Position numbers and translations under genes: made by a program
In this document: in pieces, positions 54,831 through 64,000 of the stretch
Layout: every line of letters starts with the position of its first letter
Position numbering within the stretch: position 1 is the stretch's first letter
The notes under the pieces: model-generated
Told to the model about the DNA's origin: nothing
The model's input: the letters and a program-made list of their open reading frames with translations, nothing else
Database searches by the model: none
Source of the DNA: the human T2T-CHM13v2.0 reference genome, Homo sapiens
Length of the DNA stretch: 64,000 bases
NCBI RefSeq assembly: GCF_009914755.1
Contig: NC_060935.1
Reading direction: 5' to 3' (one strand)

Positions 54831-55299
54831 AGCAAGCAGCTCTCCAGATGCATAGCAGGCCTCTGGTTCCCCGAGGACTCTGCCCACTCCACCAGTGGCC
54901 ACTGGAAAGCACCCCACAGGGCTCTCTGCGGTGGGAGTTGTGTCACTGGTCCTTGAGCCTGGCAGTGTCTATAAATCCCATGTATTTTTCTGTGGACAAC
55001 AAATGCTGCCTTTTCTGATATTCAGAAGTGAGATAAATGGCAGGCCTGTTACATTGCTCAGACATTTTGGACTTTCTTTCTCTCTCTTTTACATGTCCCA
55101 TTTTTTCACTGGGCCTAATTCTTGACAATGGTTCTGATTCTCATTCGTCTGCTCCTGAATCATAGTCTTCCTTTTGCCCTTTGTAAATTATCTCTGTTAT
55201 CCTATCTAAACACTTCTTACTCTCTAAAATGAGCCACAGCCTAGGGAGTATTTCTCAAGGAGAGAGGGTAGCTTCTTGTATTTATTAAGCTACAGCCCA

Positions 55300-55560
55300 G
55301 TAAAATACACTGATTTGGAGTTAGACGACTAAATTTGAAACCAAGGTCTTCCACATTCCACTATGGGAACTTTGTCAGCTGCTCCTCTTCTTCCTCCTCC
55401 CCTTCTCCTCTTCCTCCTCCTCTTTCTTCTTCTTCTTTCCTCCTCCTTCTCCTCCGCCTTCTTCTTCTTCCCATTTAAGGCTTGGTTCACTCATCTGTCA
55501 AATGGGACATGGTTCTGCTAGACAGGGTAGCTGGGTGAGAATTACATTACATGATAAAGT
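55300..55560 (+). mobile_element. MIR with an internal (CTT/CCT)n pyrimidine tract at 55383-55470
   Basis: tttggagttagacgactaaatttgaaacc...cttggttcactcatctgtcaaatggga. Confidence 0.7.
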
Positions 55561-56575
55561 ATAATTTATTCCGCAAATCTAACATTTTGATATCAATTAT
55601 GGTTATTGTAACCGTGCAAAGAGAGAGAATCTTTCTCATTCTCAAAAGTTTATCAACCATTTCATGAACAAAGTAATGCGTGTGAATTACAATTGTGTGC
55701 ACATAGTGCATCACTCCTCTCAGCTGTGTGTAATTTCCTTTGTTGTCAGGAAGCCCTGGCTGATTTCTAATTTAAAAGTAAGGCATGCAGTGCTTTGCCC
55801 CCTACTTTTCTCTGTGTATTTTCTACTAGATGTGGGGTGCCCCCAGTGCCTCTAATGAGCATTTGACTGCATTGTCGGCATGGTGCGGGATGGCCACATG
55901 CTGCCCTCTTGTTAACAGACTTGAGGGTGGAGGAAATTTAAAGACGCTGCTGCCTCCAAGCTCATCAGGTTCTCCTGTCAAGGAGCAGGTGACACTGTGG
56001 ACTGGGCAAGAGGGGTAGCCATAGCTTTGACCTTGCCCAGGCCAGCCCGGCATCCCCAAAGAGCCAGAGCTCCTCCTGACAAGAATCCACTGTGAAGCGG
56101 GGCATCTCATTGCAGAAGGCCCCACAGCAGGGCCACCTCAGCATTTCAGCTTCCAGACAGAAAACTCTTCTCCTGCAGCCTGCTGTTCTTCCCTGGGAAC
56201 AGCCTTGGCATACCCTTTCTCTCCCTTACAGCAGAGCTCTGAGTGTCACTTATGGAGCTAAGAAGTCACTTTGGACTTTGAGCTCTTGTTGGGGGATTCT
56301 ACCTTGTCTGGAAGGGCAGAAGGAGGCAGAAAAACCAAGAACTTTATAGGAGAACAGCATATTCAGCCCGAATGTAGGATGTGGACATTGTGGTCTGGAT
56401 TATTGGTAGGGTTGGGTATTAGGGCTAGAATTTTAAAAATGTGCACTAGTGTATCAATTATTTTGGGTGCTCAATTGTTTAGGTGAAGTCCCTTTGAAAT
56501 TGCAGCATTGCTGGCCTAAAATATATTTGAAAGTGAGAATGTAGGAGGAGCAGAGGGGGAGCCAGAAGCCCACTC

Positions 56576-56610
56576 ATGCAAATACAGGTATATAAATGAG
56601 TCAGTTTCCT
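56576..56610 (+). promoter_or_regulatory. Octamer-TATA-AP1-ETS-like motif cluster
   Basis: ATGCAAAT 56576-56583, TATATAAA 56589-56596, TGAGTCA 56597-56603, TTTCCT 56605-56610. Confidence 0.3.
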
Positions 56611-56934
56611 CCTTCGTAAAGAAGAAAATGATTCGGAGTTGCTTTGTTGGCAGGTTAGCTAATGAGGGGGTGTTGTGTTAATTAACGTTGCAAAGAATAG
56701 TGAAAGCATTAAACTTTAGAAGTACCCTAGTGCTTCTAGGAGTATTATTCTTGGTGCATTAACAGGCTGGGTCTGCCAATGTCTATGAGAGTGAGGGAAT
56801 AAACGAAAGCTGGAGCAGAAGGCAGAAGACGTGTGGACACAGCAGCACCAGCTCGGGGCTGAGTGAAGGAATCTCAAAGTACCATCTTCAGAGCTTTAAA
56901 ATATCTTTCTCCCAAGGAAATGGAAATGGAATAC

Positions 56935-57360
56935 TTTGGATGTTTTTGGTTGCAAGTAATCAAGCCCCTTACAGCAGATGCTTAAAAAGTGAGGGCATCA
57001 AGGAAGCCTGGAGGTGGGGTGTGTCCATGCTCAGCAATGGCCTCCAGGACCCAGGACCTCAGAGTTGGTCTCCATCATGCTCGGCATGTGAGATCTGCGT
57101 GTCATGAGTGAAAGGTGGCCACCTTTCTTCATCTCTCACACCATCACCTAACCATGATCAAAGATAGTAATCAAGTGGGCCTGGAAGAGGGCGCATGTTT
57201 CTTTTTGATGAGGAGGAATATCTAGTCCTTCTACTGTGTAAAGTGACCTGCATAGCTGCAAAAGAGAGAGAAAGGTGAATATCTGGCATTTTTAGCTTCT
57301 TTTGTGGGAGGCAGGCTTTGCCAGTAGGAAAGAAGGAAGGAGAGGGAAAGGCATTTTATA
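56935..57360. mobile_element. Probable old MLT1 (MaLR) LTR
   Basis: Starts ttttggttgcaagtaa, with caggacccagg and gagaaaggtgaatatctggc segments typical of late MLT1 subfamilies. Confidence 0.45.
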
Positions 57361-58589
57361 TAGAAGTCAGCACCGAACACCTCTGTGAACAATGGACTTC
57401 TGGATAACAATCTGGTGTTTGTTGGGAAATACTCTGTGAGCACTGGGGGCAATTGTGCGGCTTCTCTTCAACCGCCAGCCACATGCTTGCCTAATTAGGA
57501 GACACGAGCCAGTTACTCTGCTGTCCCCACCTCTCCATGTGTTCAGGCTTGGTCTATAAAGTATTGGCCTAAAGGCACTTTCACCCATACATGGGTCATC
57601 CCCACCAACAGATTCACCCTGGATGTGCATATGGGATCCGCACTGTGGCCCTTCCACATAAGAAAGTAAGGGAGTGAAGACTTGGGAAGATTTATGAGCT
57701 CTGCAAAACTGGATGTGGTAAACTATGTGTATGGCAGCTCTGAAAAGCAGTACTGAGCCTCTGCTTGGGGCCTGACAGACATGGAGGCAGTTCTATTGAA
57801 ACCCCAGGCAAAGGGCCTAATGAGAAATCAGTCAGATGTGCCGTGACACTGCCTAACCCACAGGCTTCCATCTGCTTGCACCCTTCGCTTCCAAACAGAG
57901 CACCAGTTGTGTTTGTTCAGTGACCAACTGGCCGTCCATCGCCTCACCTCCTCCAGATTGCAAACCACCAGCAGCAGCCCGGGCTCCTCCCTATCAAACC
58001 AGAGCAGCCCAGGGAGGTTGTTCATCCTCCTCCCTCTTTCCTGATGCATTTTTCATCATTAAAGGGAAAATGTCATTTTGGTGACAGATACTAGTATGAT
58101 TGGTGTCAGGAATGAATCTTCCTTTCTCTGTCAGCCTTGCTTCACACAATCCTAAGACAATGTTCTGTTGAAAGGCCACTTCCATTTCCAACGCCAGCAG
58201 TGTGGGAGAAGAGCAGGCTTTGCTGTGACGGATGGGTCTGCCAAGGCTGGCGCTGTGCCAAGGGGTGTAACTGAAGCTCGACCCTTGCACACCAGGCAAG
58301 CCTGAAGAAGCTTCTGGGAAGCTCAAGTCTTATTTCTGGAGGGATTCTGCTGAGAACATATCTTAAAAAGAGAAAACCTGCAGCTCTATTCGGTGATTAG
58401 GTTTTAAGAGGTGGAAGAGTTGCCATCATCACTGATATATAGAGTCCCATAAATCCAAACCCGTGTATTGGAAAGCTGATCTGGAAATGAAGATTTTTAT
58501 TTTCTGGCAGCAGAAATGTAGGTCAGCCTCTCTAGATCTTTTCCAGGTGCAGGCCTGGACCTGGCATGGGCTGGAAGTAACCATACATT

Positions 58590-58720
58590 TCACCCATACA
58601 GTGTGCCTCATCTGACACTCTGCATACCACAACCTGTTAGGACTCATTTACAGCTTCGTTTTCTCATGCATGAAATAAAGGTAATAGTACCTAGACTACC
58701 TTTCTCAATCACTGAGAGGT
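58590..58720 (+). mobile_element. MIR fragment
   Basis: gcttcgttttctcatgcatgaaataaaggtaatagtacc. Confidence 0.6.
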
Positions 58721-59420
58721 CATTTTATTTCAATGGATATTTGTTGAACTCACACTCAGGGTCATATACTTTGCTCAGTGTTGGGCAGGTACAAAAATGA
58801 ACAAGAAATGGCAACTGCCTTCAGAGAGCTTACAACCTAGTTGGTAAGATCAGACAAATCTACAGTCCATTACAATGTAGATACACATACACACATTTAC
58901 AGAGTTCTAGATTGTGAAATATATATATATATTATTTCACATTATATATGTGAAATATACATATATATGTGTGTGTGTGTATATATATACATTTCCTTTA
59001 AAATAATTGATTTCAACTAATAGAAAAGAGAGGCATGGGAAGCATTGGTTAAACTAATGTTTCATGGAGGAAGTAGAATCTGAACTGGTTCTTGAAACCT
59101 GAATAGGATTTAGAAAGCTGTGGATGGTAGGAGGGCATCTTGGCAGAGCAAAAGTCTGAGCATCTACACAGTTTGTGATATGCAGGGCAACTTTCCAAGA
59201 AGAACGTCTAGTCCAGGTTGATTGGGTCCTAGGATGTTACATGAGTGCAAAAATGAGGCCACAACAAAGACTAACACTATTTAATTAACTTGGGATACTT
59301 CTTGATTGTCAGTCTTAAGAGTTGGGTCTTTATGTCATAGGCAGGGGGAGCCACTGAAACTTCCTACATAAGTAAAGGACATCATCTGATCCCTGCCTGA
59401 GAAAGATAAAGCTGGCTTCT
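58720..59420 (-). mobile_element. L2 fragment with an internal (TA/TG)n tract at about 58880-58990
   Basis: ttcaatggatatttgttgaac...tgccttcagagagcttacaacctag...ggagccactgaa. Confidence 0.7.
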
Positions 59421-59759
59421 GCATGTGAAATGCCGTACATCTGCTATTCTTAACTTTTTCTAACATAAAAATCATTGAAAATATTTTATAATACCCTCAT
59501 TACTGTGCAGAAAATAAGTTCACAGATAACATATAACACCTATCACATACTTCAAAAAATGACCTATATAAAGTCTGACTGAATCTGAAGGAGAAATAAA
59601 TAGAAAATGATTGATAATAATATAAATGTAAAATAAATATTTGGATACAACTACCCCATAGGATATAATGAAGTATGGAAGCGTCTATATGCAGAATCAC
59701 CATGAATGTGACAGCTAAGCAACAGTAGAGACCTGCTACAAGGATGTAGAATTAATTGA

Positions 59760-60488
<729 letters not shown>

Positions 60489-60709
60489 TAATGCAGAGGC
60501 AGGGTTGGAAGCAGAGAGATGAGTTAGGATTTAATTAAAAGAGTAGAGAGAGAGGGGAAAGAAAAAAAGCAAGAGAGCCTTGGTGGTAGCATTGGAGACT
60601 GGCAAGAAGGAAAAAAATTAAGAGGCACTGATCTACCAGTGAGCAAAGGGTTGGCAATGCCCTTGGTAAAGTTTACATCACTGTGCAAATATTGTTGCAG
60701 TTGGAGTTA

Positions 60710-60840
60710 AATGTCATCACACTCACTGTACAGAGATGGTATCTGAAGCACTGAAAAGGTGCAATGACTTTTGCAAAGACACAGCACAGGTCAGGAATTG
60801 TGTTAGACACCCAGTGCCTTAGAACTACACTTTTACTGTA
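60710..60840 (-). mobile_element. MIR fragment
   Basis: cactgtacagagatggtatctgaagcactgaaaaggtgcaatgactttt...aaagacacagc. Confidence 0.55.
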
Positions 60841-61789
60841 ATTACTAATGCAAAGGAGCTTCTACTCAGCATGGGAAATTATAAGCAGAAAACTCGAGTA
60901 GAGCAAATATAAAGGTAGAAATAACTTCTGAAAATAGTCAAATTCCAAGTATTCTATTTATCACCTCTTGATGGAACACCTGGGAAACTCTAGGATTCCA
61001 AACAAAGACCAATATTCCACAATCCATCCACTTTTTTTGTTTGCTCATACCTCTAAATATTCATCAGTAACATTTGAGACAAAGGAAAGAGATAATTATG
61101 AGGGGAGAGTTTTTAAAAGATATTAAAGGTTAACAGAATTCTTGGCATTTGTGTCGTGTCAATTTCCATGTAATTATGCTCAATTCCCAGAATTCAGTGT
61201 CAGTTGTGCCTGTTAATGCTTAAAGATGATATCCTTGGAAAATAATTTATAAGATCATTTCTCAAATATTTCGGATTCAAACCAAGCACCCTGGCTAATA
61301 GGCTGATTATTATTAATGTTATTCTTGGATGGAGAGTGCTAGGAGGTCGTAAGTGGGATGTTGGGATCAAAGTGGATTTGTTATGAGAGTGTGGTTAGCT
61401 ATCTCTCCTAAGAGCAGAATGACTGTGCTCGAAATGTTTATATAACCTGATTTACAAACCTCTTCTATTTTTGTTTGATAAATAATAAGAATGTGGGAAA
61501 GCACGCCAGTTCTCTGGAATATGACTGCCTTTTAGAAGAAGGAAAGGGAACCAGTGCTGATGTCTGCCTGTGGGGAAGTATGACCAACTGGCTTTGTGGA
61601 AAAACATTGAGACGCACAGGCCTAGATATTTTTTACATGTTTATTCATTCGTTCATTAATTCTTCTCCCATTTATCATTGAATGTGTTTTACCTGTTCTT
61701 TGCTGAGATCGAGTGATTATAAATAAGACACTCTCCCCTTTTCTGTTCTTTTGAAATTGTGTACATTCCCTTTGTAGTATTGACTCCAA

Positions 61790-61935
61790 TTGTGATTCAT
61801 TGATTATCTGTGCAATTATTTCTAACATTCATCTCTTCCAGCAGTCTGTAGCCATGGAGGTTGGATACCAAGGATATGACAGTCCCTGATGTAACACGCC
61901 ACCTACCCTAGGATATGCTTGTTGAATAAATGTGA
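61790..61935 (+). mobile_element. L2 3' end
   Basis: catctcttccagcagtctgtagcc...atgcttgttgaataaatg. Confidence 0.5.
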
Positions 61936-63229
61936 GAAGGGTGTTCTCATCCCTACTGGGCAATCAAAAATAATCTTTTCAACTAACTTACTCTGATCTT
62001 GATTTGGGAGAACATTTTCTAAAGCCAGTCTAATCTTGGCCTACCATGTTTTTCAATCTCTTGGGCTCTGTGCATTTACACATCTGTGTCTTCAGGAAAT
62101 GAAATTGAAAAATAATCTAGTTTCCCCCACCTTCTGTTGAGGCCAACGCTGTGGAGCACAAAGTCGAGAACTCAGGCTCATGCATGATCTATTGCTTGGG
62201 ATGATTGCTGTCACCATTCTCTTCCACTAGAGCGAAAAATGAAAAATTCTATGGAAAACAAATTGCTTCCCATCACGCTCTAAAATGTAGGCTGACACGG
62301 GGATGCATTGAGGTGGCTAGAAAGAGCTAAGACAGAGTTTAGAGACGTATGTCGTAATCCAGCTCTTCTGGTTGCTAGAAGTCAAACTTTTGGAACGAGG
62401 CAGCCAAGTGAAGTGAAGTATGTGTCCAAGGTAAATTCAGAGGCAGTGTACAAAAAACAAGTGAGTGCACAGAGGAGCAGGGGTCCCCAGCCCAGTGAAG
62501 AGTGAAAGTTGGAGGTCATACATGGAGGAAACAGCCAAGCATGTGAAGGATTGGAAAGCAAGGCGGGCCAACTAACCCTGCCTAAAGGGAACTGTTCTCC
62601 TCCTCAGGGGGCATTTCCACATAAATCATGCACACACTTTTCATAGTATTTTTAAAAATGCCTTTACCAAGTGTACATAAACCTTCTACAAGAAGTTGTA
62701 ACATAATGTAGGGGTGAGAGAAGGGCGAGATAAGCATAATTGAAGTATCCCCAGCCAGGCAGAAAATGGAATTACTGGGTAGACGGGACCATGACATTAG
62801 AAAGGTCACACTGGGTCACATAAATTCAGATGTCCGAGTTACCTGCTTTGGACAGTGGCAATTTTACATGAGTCATACTTCAAAGGTTACAGATATATAG
62901 CAGATGCCTCTAACCTAACAAACAGTGTGGGTATATCACACGTTAATTTATTCAAACCTTTTCATATCTTATTTAGAGATTATTTTTGTCTGTATAAGTT
63001 TTATTCAGACATACTTGTTTTTATCCTTTAACTACTGTCTTGATTTCTTAAGAGTTTTTTTATTTTATTTTAGCTAGAGTTTGGTCATTAAGTATGTGTT
63101 CACTCTATCCTTATACATCGTGAATACCAAATGTCATCATCAATTTCATGTTCCTCGTTTGTAGAGATTTGGAAGTCCCTACAAAACAAATTATTTCAAT
63201 TTTTGAATTTTCCTCAGCTGTGCTGGTCA

Positions 63230-63990
63230 CTTAAATACAACAAATATTTATCAAAACCAATTATGTTCCAGGCATTGTGTTAGGTTTCAGGAATGTAACA
63301 GAGAAAAAGACAGAAATTAGACCATTACATGTATTCTGAGTGTTATGCGAGGCACTGATGCAGAGGGCATGTGCCAAGTCCAGTGGACTAGCACAGTGAG
63401 GCCTTCATGAGCCAGTCAGAACCGAGAAGGGTGACGACAACTCAGCCCGAGACCATGGGGACTGCATCCTAGGCAGGAAGTGGAACATGCAAAGTCCCTC
63501 AATTGAGAAAGAAGAACCTCTGAGGAATTAGAAGTGTAATACAATAAAACAAAATCTGACATGGCTCCAAAAGGGAAGAAGAAGTAGTTGCTAAAGCTGA
63601 AAATACACAGATGCCACGTCCTGAGGGCTCAGAAACCACAGGAAGGATTTGGAGCTTTATTCAAATTGCAGTGTGGAGCCACCAAAGATTTAATCAGGAC
63701 AGTGACAAGGTCAGATTTCAGGAAATCTTCCTTTCAATGTGGAGATTGAAACAGAGCTGGCAAGAGCAGAAGGAGGACATCCACGTAAGATGAATTTCAG
63801 GAATCCAGATAAGAAAATGAGGAGATCTTGGCTTGGGCCAGGCAAGGCAGTGGAGGTTGAGAAAGGTGGATGGATGTAAAATATATTTTGGAGGAAGAAC
63901 ACAGGAAAAAGACTGAGAGAGAGAAAGAGGGAGAGAGAGAGAGAAAGAGAGAGAGAGAGATTGGGTAATGAGGGGCAGTGATAAGAGGGA
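63230..63990 (-). mobile_element. L2 fragment
   Basis: caacaaatatttatc...tatgttccaggcattgtgttagg...ggagctttattc...ggagccacc...ggatgtaaaatatattttggagg. Confidence 0.75.
63914..63960. repeat. (GA)n microsatellite
   Basis: Direct reading. Confidence 0.95.
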
Positions 63991-64000
63991 AGAGATTAAA

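Noticed and set aside
61436-61445. Minus-strand TATA box as the transcript start
   Set aside because: Isolated motif in AT-rich DNA with no supporting CpG cluster or convincing downstream donor

Overview
This is primate, almost certainly human, nuclear genomic DNA, not prokaryotic. The evidence is AluS and AluY elements, L1PA 3' ends, MST/MLT2/MER21 LTRs and abundant MIR, L2 and CR1 relics. It reads as intergenic or intronic gene-desert sequence. I recognise no established protein-coding gene, RNA gene, CRISPR array or intact mobile element. The long ORFs in the track come from microsatellites, Alus or decayed L1. The best-supported unusual feature is a 5'-inverted (twin-primed) L1PA at about 36.1-37.35 kb whose AT-rich tail holds a locally templated, two-piece inverted copy of the same L1. 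Other leads: (i) a phase-consistent set of minus-strand exons (about 32.7, 22.0 and 14.0 kb) that could form a spliced lncRNA or small-ORF transcript; (ii) a compact ETS/GC-box/NRF1-like promoter candidate at about 1.45-1.53 kb; (iii) a 45-bp VNTR in a CA-rich block which, with an oppositely oriented TG-rich block, brackets an octamer/CTCF-like core; (iv) several homeodomain/FOX/POU motif-dense islands that look like developmental enhancers. I found no convincing new biological system. Repeat subfamily calls come from recalled consensus sequences, and boundaries of old repeats are approximate.
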